Virus record (IMG/VR): IMGVR_UViG_3300047312_000104
Length of the DNA stretch: 64,000 nucleotides
Direction: 5' to 3' (one strand)
DNA from: an uncultured virus (IMG/VR IMGVR_UViG_3300047312_000104)
Lineage: Duplodnaviria; Heunggongvirae; Uroviricota; Caudoviricetes
The translations under genes and the position numbers were made by a program. Shown piece by piece: positions 40,141 through 49,369 of the stretch. The notes beneath the pieces were generated by a model. That model saw only the letters and a list, made by a program, of their open reading frames with translations, ran no database searches and was not told the DNA's origin. Numbering within the stretch: position 1 is the first letter of the stretch; every line of letters begins with the position of its first letter.

Positions 40141-40797
40141 TCACTCGCTGGGCGAGTCCAGGACCAATACCACGTAGAGCTTCCCGGCGTTCTCGAACGT
40201 CCATTCCCCCGATAGACACTTGTACTGGTCCTTACCGATGATGACTGTCAGGGGTCCTCCTGGTGGGATGGCGATCGAGGTAGACCCGTCCTGGGAGAAC
40301 GGGAGGACGACAAGGCTGTCTGAGATGACCGGAGCATCGCAGAACACGATGAGACGCCCCAGCCCAGGGCTCTTAAGTTGAACCTGTGTCTTCTTGTTGG
40401 ACTGAGCTTGAATCTGTGAAGCCGGAGCCCCCATGGGGGTGAAGGCTACCGACTGGATAGAAGGCTGGGCCGGCAACGGGGTGGCCTGAGGCCCGGACGA
40501 AATTGAAGGCTCGGCCATGGTTGACACTGCCGAAGGGTTACCAACGGTTGCCGGTAGGTCGTCCCCCATGTGGACCTGGTTCCCTTGAGAATCAATCTGG
40601 TAGGTTTCGGCAGCCGAGAATCCTGTGGCGGAACTATCGTCCAGCTGAACGTCCTTCTGGATCACCACCGGGGTATTGTTGACGTTGCGCCCCACCAAAA
40701 CCCTACGGTCTTTCACGTGGCCCCTGTCTTCATCAGGGGTGAACTTAAACTTACCACGCGGATCCGGCCTGTTAGCTACTTGGTAGGGCTGCGACAC
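40141..40797 (-). CDS. Hypothetical protein
   Basis: 218 aa ORF. Confidence 0.5.
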   Translation of the reverse strand: MSQPYQVANRPDPRGKFKFTPDEDRGHVKDRRVLVGRNVNNTPVVIQKDVQLDDSSATGFSAAETYQIDSQGNQVHMGDDLPATVGNPSAVSTMAEPSISSGPQATPLPAQPSIQSVAFTPMGAPASQIQAQSNKKTQVQLKSPGLGRLIVFCDAPVISDSLVVLPFSQDGSTSIAIPPGGPLTVIIGKDQYKCLSGEWTFENAGKLYVVLVLDSPSE

Positions 40798-40837
40798 ACC
40801 GGTCTCCGATATCCACCGTATCTTGATTCACAGGCAG

Positions 40838-41623
40838 TCAAGACGCCTGGTCGGCAATAAATCGATAATGAGCTCTGGCTGCCCCCACCCCCGGACCACC
40901 GAGTCCCTTGTACGGGGTGAACCCATCTAACTCTTTAGGGCTAGGTAGTTTGGTACCGAGCAGCCGGTTGGTGATGCCGAGAAACGCCGGCTGGTTAGCC
41001 GCCCCAGAGAACTTCACCGGTTTCTCCATGGTTTCGAGAGTTTCACGGATATGCCGCACCACCGGGCCGTTGGCGTGATCGATGGCGTTTATCCAAAGTT
41101 CCCCGCATACTTCGCTCGACATTGTGAGGAGTTCGGTTGGGGCGTGGGGCTCGTTATCGCCCGTATAGGCATCCAAGAGACCGAAGTCCCAATGGTCTTC
41201 CTCGGTGATGGCCTGGATCAAATACCTGGTGATGTCTTGGGTCACGATAGTGAGTCGACCCTGGTCCTGGTAATGACTGAGGAGCGGAAACCATCGGTTG
41301 GCCAACTCGACCACCATCGGGTCAATCTCGACACAGGTCAGGTCCATCGATGGAAAGTTGTGTAGGAGCGTAACTATCCCGACTCCTGCGCCCAACCCAA
41401 CCATCAATCCAGATCCATCTGGGTTGGTCACGCCACTCATGAGCCATCCCGCCACGTACGGGGAATAGAACACCGGGCCAGGTCCGTCCTCGACAGGAGC
41501 TACCTTGGGATCGAGCCAGACTTCTCCTTGGATCTGCGAACCGATCAGGAGGCTACGGGTTGTGGCCTTGTCCACGACCGTGATGGGGCCAAACATCCCA
41601 CGGGCGGTCTCAAGGGTCCCCAC
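40838..41623 (-). CDS. Class I SAM-dependent methyltransferase (spermidine-synthase-like fold)
   Basis: VGLGAG, VEIDPMVVELA..WF, LLDAY motifs. Confidence 0.8.
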   Translation of the reverse strand: MGTLETARGMFGPITVVDKATTRSLLIGSQIQGEVWLDPKVAPVEDGPGPVFYSPYVAGWLMSGVTNPDGSGLMVGLGAGVGIVTLLHNFPSMDLTCVEIDPMVVELANRWFPLLSHYQDQGRLTIVTQDITRYLIQAITEEDHWDFGLLDAYTGDNEPHAPTELLTMSSEVCGELWINAIDHANGPVVRHIRETLETMEKPVKFSGAANQPAFLGITNRLLGTKLPSPKELDGFTPYKGLGGPGVGAARAHYRFIADQAS

Positions 41624-41624
41624 G

Positions 41625-44594
41625 TTAGGCCATCGGGGTAGGGGGAGCTGCGAATGACGGCGATGCAGTCATGCCTGGCTGAGGGGCAGGATCCTGGTGG
41701 ACCGGTGGCTGGACCGCCGGGGCTTTCTTGTGGGCCTTCAATGCCCTGAGGAGAACCGATGCTCTAGCACGGTCGAGATCGCGATACTGGGCGTTCTCTT
41801 TGCGTCCCATAGAGGCATAGAGGTTCTTGAGGAGCGCGTGCGGGTCCTGCCATTCGCCACCAGGGAGACCGCTGAACGCTTGTTCGGCCTGGGCGTTGGC
41901 GTCGTCTAGGGCGCCGGTATGAAACGTATACTGGTACCCGTGGGCTCCAGGTTCGGTCACACCCGACTGGGGAACGTACTGGAGTGAACCCTGGTATGGA
42001 GCCCGCTTGGTCTTGAATGGAAGTTTCTCTTCGTCGCCATGAACAGGGAATCGGTAACGCCGACCCGGGTCAGGGGCCGCCAAGACCTTGCCTTCATGGT
42101 TCAACAAAATGTATTCAGACCTGGGTAGAAGATTGATCGCATCAGCGGTCTTCTCTACCGGGGGCGCTTCGGCATGGCCCATCAGGCGTTTAATCTGTTC
42201 CACCGTGATCTCGGGGTCGCGGAAAAAGTCGTCGGCGTGCATGAACGGAATCCCGGCCGCTTTGGCTGCACCGCCATCGTGGTCATGATTATCCCCGACC
42301 ATCATGACCTTGGTTGGGTCCACCCCGTGACGCTTGATCGCGAAATGGATCATCGTCGGGGCCGGCTTCAAGGTGTCAGGATCCGGCTTTTCGGTATAGA
42401 CGATGTCATCCAACATCCCGTCCATGTGCCCGATGGTCTCATGCTGGATCTGTTCCAAGATCTCAGGAGTCATTCCCGCGTGCCGTGAGTCAGGGTGCAT
42501 CGAATGGTTCGTTACTCCGATGATCTTGAACCCCATCCCCTTGAGAGGACCGAGGGTTTCCTTACGACCAGGCATGATCTGGTGGTTATTTAACTTGGAG
42601 TAGGAAGTACAGTTGTTACCACCTGGCCACTCTCTGATGGTCCCGTCAAGATCTACCAAGACCGCTGGGGAGTTATCGGCCCGATCAGGCTCCTCATGGG
42701 GCATGATGGCACAACGCGGGCCTGCGACCTCTTGCGAAGGACTACCGGCCAGTTCAGTGGCCAACTTCTTAGCGGTCATATCTTCGCAAGCTTTTTCGCC
42801 CTCCCTGATAGCGGCGAGCTCGGCGTCGATCATGGACCGACGCCACTGAAGATCCTTGCGATCCTTCAGTGATTCCAAGAACTCGATAGCTTCCTTGAAC
42901 GGAATTAACCCGAAGTCTTCGTTGTCTTCATGGGTGGTCCCGCACTTCCCGCCGTCCATCGCCAGATACAGGTGGTTCCGGAACCCGTCGTATCCCTTAA
43001 CGATATCGGATCCTTCGGGCCACACAGTCTCTTGGATCCCGATAGGTCTCAGGTGCAGGAGCTTCCGATCCGCCTCTTCGATGGATTCCCGGTAAGCCGC
43101 AAAGGCTGGCTCTTCCCCTGGGTCGATTCCACCGCCAGGAAATTGCAGGAAGTCTTCCTTCTTGATCGCCACTACCCCGCCCTGGCTGTACACAACCGTC
43201 TCGGAGCGAGACCGAAGTTTGGGGCTCTTACTCGCCTGTTTTTCGTTCTGGTTTGGTTCGGTGCTGGTGACGATGGCGCGAGTCAGGTTGACGAATGCTT
43301 TTTTTGCAATCTGAGCGCCGTTCCTTCCGGTCGAGAATCTTTCGAGGGTCGAAGTTAGCCCGGCCATCAGATATCGGTTTGACGACTTTGCCGGGCGTCC
43401 GCCCGTTGGGGTTCTCTGGGGGGCGTTTGTGGCGAGCCACCGATCCTCCGGGATGTTGGGATCCTGATTCCTATTAGCCGCTACCTTGGGGTCACGCTTC
43501 ATACTTCTAAACTTTGTTTCGATCTCATTAGCCTGATCGTGAGCAGTGCTATACTCAACCCCGCGTCTGATGAGCTCTCGCTCGTAGACCTCGTGGGCGA
43601 GAATAAATGAACGGTCTTCTTCAGCGACTTCATTATCGAGCCATATCTCATCACTAGGGATGAAATCGTAGACAAGAGAATGACCGCCGCCAATGAATTC
43701 TGCCAGGAGCAAATTTCTAACCGCAACTCCGTCCACCAACTTGACTTTCATCCCACTAGGGAGTACCGAGTAGTCCTCCGGGGGATGCTTGCGGAAGAAC
43801 ATCTGCTTTAACTTTTCACCGTAAGTGGCCTGTTGGGCCGCAGTTTTATGGTGAGCGAGAGCATTGACAAGATTCTTCCGTTGATGATGTTTCCACCACA
43901 GACCGCCCAGGCCAGCCAACCCGGCAGCGGCTAAGGTTCCACCCAGCCCATATTTGGAAGCGTTGGAAAGTTGCCCCTTCGTCGGTCCCTCAACCCCGAA
44001 GAGACTCACCCGTGGATCACCTTCAACCACAGGGGCACTGTGGGCCCCATAGGCAGAACCGGCTAACCCTCCCACAAGGGCGCCGAGCTCCGTCATGCGC
44101 GCAGGGTATTCACGGGCGGCCTGATACTGCTGGGCATGGGCTGCCACCTCAGGATCGGCCAGCCGATGTTTGACTGCCTCTGAGACACCCGCGAGCGTCT
44201 TGTTTGCCTTCCTAAGACGTGACCCTTCAGTGGCCCGATCGAACAGTTCGGTGGCGATTCCGGCCCCTCCCCCGAGAGCCGCCCCGGCACCGGCCCCAGC
44301 AGTCATGGCTGGCCCGACCGATCTATCACCGGCCATCAGTACTCCGGCCTTGGCTCCCAACCCCAACCCGCCCGCTATCGCGCCAGGGACAGCCGAAGAA
44401 AGAAGTCGATACCAAAGCGGATGTCTGCGCGCCTGAGAGATCGCATGTTGGGTATCTTGGGCGTCGACAATGTCGGCAGCTCTGTCAGGAGTTAGCCCGA
44501 CCTCAGGAGCTTTGGATGGAAGAAGCCCTACGGCCTTATCGATTGTCGACGTGACCGGAGTAGCGGCTGAGAGGACGGAATCGAGACCCGCCAC
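41625..44594 (-). CDS. Multidomain protein: hydrophobic N-terminus, HExxE zincin-like domain, Nudix hydrolase, HAD phosphatase
   Basis: AHEVYER; Nudix box GGIDPGEEPAFAAYRESIEEAD; HAD motifs DLDGT, VTN, KP, MVGD...D. Confidence 0.75.
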   Translation of the reverse strand: MAGLDSVLSAATPVTSTIDKAVGLLPSKAPEVGLTPDRAADIVDAQDTQHAISQARRHPLWYRLLSSAVPGAIAGGLGLGAKAGVLMAGDRSVGPAMTAGAGAGAALGGGAGIATELFDRATEGSRLRKANKTLAGVSEAVKHRLADPEVAAHAQQYQAAREYPARMTELGALVGGLAGSAYGAHSAPVVEGDPRVSLFGVEGPTKGQLSNASKYGLGGTLAAAGLAGLGGLWWKHHQRKNLVNALAHHKTAAQQATYGEKLKQMFFRKHPPEDYSVLPSGMKVKLVDGVAVRNLLLAEFIGGGHSLVYDFIPSDEIWLDNEVAEEDRSFILAHEVYERELIRRGVEYSTAHDQANEIETKFRSMKRDPKVAANRNQDPNIPEDRWLATNAPQRTPTGGRPAKSSNRYLMAGLTSTLERFSTGRNGAQIAKKAFVNLTRAIVTSTEPNQNEKQASKSPKLRSRSETVVYSQGGVVAIKKEDFLQFPGGGIDPGEEPAFAAYRESIEEADRKLLHLRPIGIQETVWPEGSDIVKGYDGFRNHLYLAMDGGKCGTTHEDNEDFGLIPFKEAIEFLESLKDRKDLQWRRSMIDAELAAIREGEKACEDMTAKKLATELAGSPSQEVAGPRCAIMPHEEPDRADNSPAVLVDLDGTIREWPGGNNCTSYSKLNNHQIMPGRKETLGPLKGMGFKIIGVTNHSMHPDSRHAGMTPEILEQIQHETIGHMDGMLDDIVYTEKPDPDTLKPAPTMIHFAIKRHGVDPTKVMMVGDNHDHDGGAAKAAGIPFMHADDFFRDPEITVEQIKRLMGHAEAPPVEKTADAINLLPRSEYILLNHEGKVLAAPDPGRRYRFPVHGDEEKLPFKTKRAPYQGSLQYVPQSGVTEPGAHGYQYTFHTGALDDANAQAEQAFSGLPGGEWQDPHALLKNLYASMGRKENAQYRDLDRARASVLLRALKAHKKAPAVQPPVHQDPAPQPGMTASPSFAAPPTPMA

Positions 44595-44596
44595 GG

Positions 44597-45088
44597 TTAC
44601 TTGCCTAACCGATTCCTAAGATCGCGACCCAACAGCTTCGCGTATGTCATCGCCGCCATCTTGTTGATCTTCTCAGCCACGATGGCTTCTGAATTTGTGA
44701 CTGCCCCGGGGTGCTGCTGCATCGGCCGTTGAGCCTTCTGCTGGGTCAGCACGTCAGACGCCTGCGGGGCCTGGGGGATCGGAGCAACGGCCTGTTGGGG
44801 GATGCCGGTTGGGCCGGGGGCCCCTTGAGGATTCGGCTGCTGGGCGCCCTGGAGAGGCTGACCTGGACCGCCCACAAGCTTCTTAACCGGAGGAGCCCCA
44901 GGGATGAGCTGTTGAGACTGGAGGGCCACGGCGAGCTTTTGTGCCAGGGCCTTCTTCTCGCTCTTCTTGTCTTCAGAGACGTGCTCGGGCAGTTTGGCCC
45001 CTTTGGGGGTATGGGCAGCCCAACGTTTAGCCATAGCAGGGTGCTGGCTGAACATCCACTTGCGCTGGGCCTGTGATTTGAAGGGAAT
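44597..45088 (-). CDS. Phage protein starting PFKSQAQR (probable ATT start)
   Basis: Frame extends 11 codons upstream of the track ATG to ATT-CCC-TTC-AAA-TCA, with GGAGGT 5 nt upstream. Confidence 0.55.
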   Translation of the reverse strand: MPFKSQAQRKWMFSQHPAMAKRWAAHTPKGAKLPEHVSEDKKSEKKALAQKLAVALQSQQLIPGAPPVKKLVGGPGQPLQGAQQPNPQGAPGPTGIPQQAVAPIPQAPQASDVLTQQKAQRPMQQHPGAVTNSEAIVAEKINKMAAMTYAKLLGRDLRNRLGK

Positions 45089-45151
45089 GGGACACCTCCG
45101 TTGACCCCTATACCCTACTGGGGCTTGGCCAAGGGTCCACCGAGGGCCCCC

Positions 45152-45664
45152 TTAGAGCTTTCTCCCTAACCCCAGAGCCCCGATGATCTGATTGGTGGCC
45201 AGATTGGTATCGGTCCCGTCCACAATCAGGCATGGTAGCTGGGTCGTTTCGAACGGTCCGTCCACCCCCGTTAGGTTCAGGACAGTCCCCTGCCGGGCAC
45301 CCTCGTAGAGCCCCTTAGGGTCGCGCGTCTCACAGGTAGCCAGCGGGGTTGCGACGTGGACCAGTAGGAACCGGTCTGGGCCGATGATCTGCTGGGCCAT
45401 TACCCGAGCGGCCTCGTAGGGGGTCACGAAGGCCGCAACGACCGGTAACCCGTTGTCGTTCATGAGGCGGGCCACCGAGGCGGCCCTCTTAATGTTCTCA
45501 AGTCTCCCGGCCTCGTCGTACCCCAGCCCCTGCCCGAGTGCCGAAGCCCTGAAGAGATCTCCATCCAGAACGGCTATCTTCTCGTAGCACCAGTTTGAGA
45601 TCTTCTGAGCGATTGTGGTCTTACCTGAAGCAGGGAGACCCATGAGCCAGATCGTGGACGACAT
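45152..45664 (-). CDS. cysC: Adenylyl-sulfate (APS) kinase
   Basis: IWLMGLPASGKTT P-loop, LDGD, CETRDPKGLY, NLTGVDGPFE. Confidence 0.92.
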   Translation of the reverse strand: MSSTIWLMGLPASGKTTIAQKISNWCYEKIAVLDGDLFRASALGQGLGYDEAGRLENIKRAASVARLMNDNGLPVVAAFVTPYEAARVMAQQIIGPDRFLLVHVATPLATCETRDPKGLYEGARQGTVLNLTGVDGPFETTQLPCLIVDGTDTNLATNQIIGALGLGRKL

Positions 45665-46479
45665 TATTTACTCCAAAGTTGGTTATACGAAGCAATCTGA
45701 TCCCCTAGGGCCTTGCCCAGCACTTCTGGCCAATGTGGTTTCATAGGAGCGATAGTGGGGCGGATCTTGTGCAGGGAATCGGCCGGAAACCCGTAATCGA
45801 CATCGTCCTCAACCGTCACCTGTTGGACGTTGTTGAAGTCATGAACGTAGTGCGGTATTTCTAGGAAGTCGTAGATACCAGCCATGGTCGTAGCAGGATC
45901 ACGGGTGAGTTCTTCGAATCTCACAAAGTGCAGCCGGTCCCGATACCCTCGTTGGATAGCGTCTTTCAGGCGATTAAAGGCACTTCCGACTGGACTACCG
46001 GCATCGGCCCACATCTGAACCCGTCCCTCAAGGGTACCCCACCCGGCTGGGTTGGCTTTCTCCTGCGGCAATGCCTCGGTGGAGGCGTATTTCCTCGCTA
46101 TCAACTCAAACGAGCTGATCACATCCCGGATATCCCTGACTGGTACTAACACTTTAGCTTTTCGTCCAATAATCATCTCGGCCAATGGAAGGTATGCCAG
46201 CCATCCTCTGGATTTATCAAACACGTGCTGCTGGGTTGCCCCGCTGTAGTAACTATTCAGGATCCCCTTGAGGACCAGCTCTTTACCAGCTGGGTTAGGG
46301 CTGGCAGCGAAACTGGCGATCTTTCCCCAGTCATTCCGTACAGCTACCAATACTTCGAGGATGCCGGAAGTGGCGGTTGCCAAGAAACTTGGGTTCTGGG
46401 CAAGGACGTTACACAGAAGAGTAGAACCAGCTCTCGGCAATCCCGCGATGAAATGGATGTTGGGCATTGGCCCAAGCAT
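45664..46479 (-). CDS. Sulfotransferase
   Basis: GLPRAGSTLL 5'-PSB motif, VRDIRDVISS 3'-PB motif, VRFEEL. Confidence 0.88.
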   Translation of the reverse strand: MLGPMPNIHFIAGLPRAGSTLLCNVLAQNPSFLATATSGILEVLVAVRNDWGKIASFAASPNPAGKELVLKGILNSYYSGATQQHVFDKSRGWLAYLPLAEMIIGRKAKVLVPVRDIRDVISSFELIARKYASTEALPQEKANPAGWGTLEGRVQMWADAGSPVGSAFNRLKDAIQRGYRDRLHFVRFEELTRDPATTMAGIYDFLEIPHYVHDFNNVQQVTVEDDVDYGFPADSLHKIRPTIAPMKPHWPEVLGKALGDQIASYNQLWSK

Positions 46480-46509
46480 CTCCAGGCGACAAAAGAGTCA
46501 AGGGCTAGT

Positions 46510-46920
46510 TCAGTCTGGGATGAGATCCTGCATATGACGAAGATGCTCGTCCCAATCTGGGTACTCGTCTGGTTGTTTAACCTTCTGGACCTCAAGGGGG
46601 ACACACCGATAAGGGGCCTGGGGCGAACCCGTTAAATCAATCCACATAGCGGCTTTTCGCGCTTCGGCTGCGGAGGGCTGAAGAGCGTCATCAAACTTAT
46701 CCCAGACTGTGTCGGCTACCCTCTTGACCCCAAGATCAAAGTACTGATCCGCCGGGGGCGGCGCCCATATCAGTTGAGGAAATCTGTGGGGATTTCCGTC
46801 ACCGTCCGGGGTCCACGGGTGGTTGTCGATGACGACTGGCGTCGGTGGATCGTACACATACAGAGGAACCGGATGCGGGTCCCAGTCGATCGAAACCAAC
46901 AGAACTAGGATTGGTAGCAT
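46510..46920 (-). CDS. Hypothetical protein with hydrophobic N-terminus
   Basis: 136 aa, MLPILVLLVS. Confidence 0.4.
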   Translation of the reverse strand: MLPILVLLVSIDWDPHPVPLYVYDPPTPVVIDNHPWTPDGDGNPHRFPQLIWAPPPADQYFDLGVKRVADTVWDKFDDALQPSAAEARKAAMWIDLTGSPQAPYRCVPLEVQKVKQPDEYPDWDEHLRHMQDLIPD

Positions 46921-46963
46921 GCACCAGGGAGCGTACCCGGATGACTACCGAGTCAACTATCTA

Positions 46964-49345
46964 TTAGGTGTAGTCGAACCGGCCGGTTGGGTTGATGTCC
47001 ATCAACGACCCACTTAGGATAACACGCCCTACAAGGGTCGTGGCAGTAGCGGCGGTTGATAGGTCCATCACAAACACCTCATACCCGTTGCCGTCCGGCG
47101 ATGCTAAGTTCGAACGCTTGCCTGCCGCGGTCAGGCCAGAGGTAGCGGTAGCGGCCAAGACGTTATCGGTGGTGGCCGTGAGCTTGGTCACGTAAACACC
47201 ACTAGCTACATTGACGGTTAGCTTGTCTATTTCGATGTGTGTCCCGTCTGGAACGTTGGACAACTTTCCAGCCGCTACCGCGATGGCCGTTCTGGTCCGC
47301 TGCCCGTCTTTGTCAAAAACCACCCAATCGCCAGTCGAAAATCCTGTGCTGTCTATAACTGGTACACTCACAGTGGTACCGGCCGAGACTGATCCGGTCA
47401 GAATCGAGAAGGGAGTGCCTCTGACCCCACCAGTAATTCTGACCTGCGGCTGAACCGTGACGGTGTTGGCTTCTGTTGCGATAACCGATACACGGTCTAA
47501 GAACATGGCGCAGTACTGCGGAAACCCAATTGTCCGGCGAGTATTGACAGTAGTAAGTGTCATAGGGCCGGTGCTTACGGACGACTGAGCCGCACTATAG
47601 TTCCACCCATAGGCAATTGTGTCGCCATTATTATGGAATGGCGCAGCCAGGAGATGAAAAGCCCCAACATTGATCGTGTTCGGTCGATAGTTAGACGCGT
47701 AAAAGCCATTCATCACAATAGATCCAACCCCACCAGCGTACAACGCGTTGCCGATAGCCACCCCGTGGGTCGCATACCTCCCGGTGGTCACCCCGCGGCC
47801 AAGCAAAATCGAAAATTTAGCGTTAGAGCTCGAATATGACCCAACATTTACGGTGTACTGGGAAGCTCCATAGGTCCCTAGCGATTTAACCTGGACTCCG
47901 ACACATACTGACTGGTGCTGTGTCACTTGGCAGTTATCGCCAATGGCAACCGACTTATGACCGGTCGAGGTCACGGTATCGCCAATCGCGATACCTTTGT
48001 TGGTTGCAGATGAAGTGCGGCCGATAACGACACATGGCCCATACCCGGTGCCGTTGGCTGTGGAACCGCCACCAATCGCGATGTCGTTCGCGACGGTTGA
48101 AGTAGCCATGTAACCGATTGAAATCGAGTCACCCCCGGCGGCAGAGCTAGACATTCCGATCGCTATCGCGCGATAATTGGCCGCCGTGGCGGAGTCACCA
48201 ATAGCGATACTAGAAGGTGCCGGGTAAGACGTGGCGGTCGCGTTGTCGCCAATCGCGATAGCCTTGGGCTGACCAGCCGCCGCATATCGTCCCAACGCAA
48301 TACAATATAGAGCAGAAGCTGCCGAATGAGCTCCAATGGCTGTCCCATATGCGGCCGATGCGGATGCAGAAACCCCAACGGCCATCCCATCGTTACCGGC
48401 CGCAGACGAAGTTTTGCCGATCGCGATTCCCTGACCACCGGCTGCTGTGTTAGTATCGCCTATCGCAATCGCAGACGGGCCTGAAGCGGTATTGTCTGAT
48501 CCGATTGCGATAGCACGAGCACCACTTGCTATCTCAGAAGTAGTTGTGTGAACTTTCTGGATGTCAAACGCGTCAGTGCCGCGGGTTAGACCGCTATGGT
48601 CTCCACCCACAAGAGCTGAACCACTCGGGGTAGCGGTTTCGAACGTAATACTATACGGGTTGGACCCGCCAAGAGCCTGCCAAGTTCCATCACCCCTGAG
48701 GAATTTAACGTTGTCGGTCGAGGCTTGGTCTGGAACCAAACCCTTGGCGCCAGCCACGGTACCGGTAGCCCCTTGCATGGTCGCGACTTCAAGATCGATC
48801 GAATTATTGCTGATGTTGTTGGTTACGGACAGGGCCGACGACATCGACGCATTTATGTTCTTGAACTGTAGGTCTACCCCTACCTTCGTTTTGAACACAC
48901 CAACACCGGAACCACCCTGATTAGACGCCGTGTTGGTTTCACCAGCGGGCGGTACGACCCAAGTAGCGTCTTCACGCAGGAACTTGGTCGTACCGGCGGA
49001 CGAACCGGGGTCTGGGACTGCCCCGGCGGCGTGTGAGCCTCCGGAGGCTATAAACGCCGGTATATCTGTCCCAATCAATGTAACGGCGCCGGTCCTGGTA
49101 TTGACCGACGTCACACCGCCAGGAGCAAGGGTCTGCCAAGTACCATCGCCACGAAGGAACTTAACGTTGTCAGCCGCCAGAGGGATCGGAACCAGACCTG
49201 TATCGCCTGCGATTGATCCGTTGGAGCCGACCATCGCTTGAACCCAACCGGTCGAGATCTTACCGGTCGACAACGCAAGCGGGACACGCTTTGGCGTGGG
49301 GACGGGGGTCGATGTCTCTGGGCCGAAGTTAGACGATATGGACAT
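46964..49345 (-). CDS. Tail fibre/adhesin with YadA-like head repeats
   Basis: Many ~14-aa A(I/V)AIG repeats; KFLRGDGTW fibre repeats at the N-terminus. Confidence 0.75.
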   Translation of the reverse strand: MSISSNFGPETSTPVPTPKRVPLALSTGKISTGWVQAMVGSNGSIAGDTGLVPIPLAADNVKFLRGDGTWQTLAPGGVTSVNTRTGAVTLIGTDIPAFIASGGSHAAGAVPDPGSSAGTTKFLREDATWVVPPAGETNTASNQGGSGVGVFKTKVGVDLQFKNINASMSSALSVTNNISNNSIDLEVATMQGATGTVAGAKGLVPDQASTDNVKFLRGDGTWQALGGSNPYSITFETATPSGSALVGGDHSGLTRGTDAFDIQKVHTTTSEIASGARAIAIGSDNTASGPSAIAIGDTNTAAGGQGIAIGKTSSAAGNDGMAVGVSASASAAYGTAIGAHSAASALYCIALGRYAAAGQPKAIAIGDNATATSYPAPSSIAIGDSATAANYRAIAIGMSSSAAGGDSISIGYMATSTVANDIAIGGGSTANGTGYGPCVVIGRTSSATNKGIAIGDTVTSTGHKSVAIGDNCQVTQHQSVCVGVQVKSLGTYGASQYTVNVGSYSSSNAKFSILLGRGVTTGRYATHGVAIGNALYAGGVGSIVMNGFYASNYRPNTINVGAFHLLAAPFHNNGDTIAYGWNYSAAQSSVSTGPMTLTTVNTRRTIGFPQYCAMFLDRVSVIATEANTVTVQPQVRITGGVRGTPFSILTGSVSAGTTVSVPVIDSTGFSTGDWVVFDKDGQRTRTAIAVAAGKLSNVPDGTHIEIDKLTVNVASGVYVTKLTATTDNVLAATATSGLTAAGKRSNLASPDGNGYEVFVMDLSTAATATTLVGRVILSGSLMDINPTGRFDYT

Positions 49346-49369
49346 ATTAAGCCAATCCAGTTACGTTGA

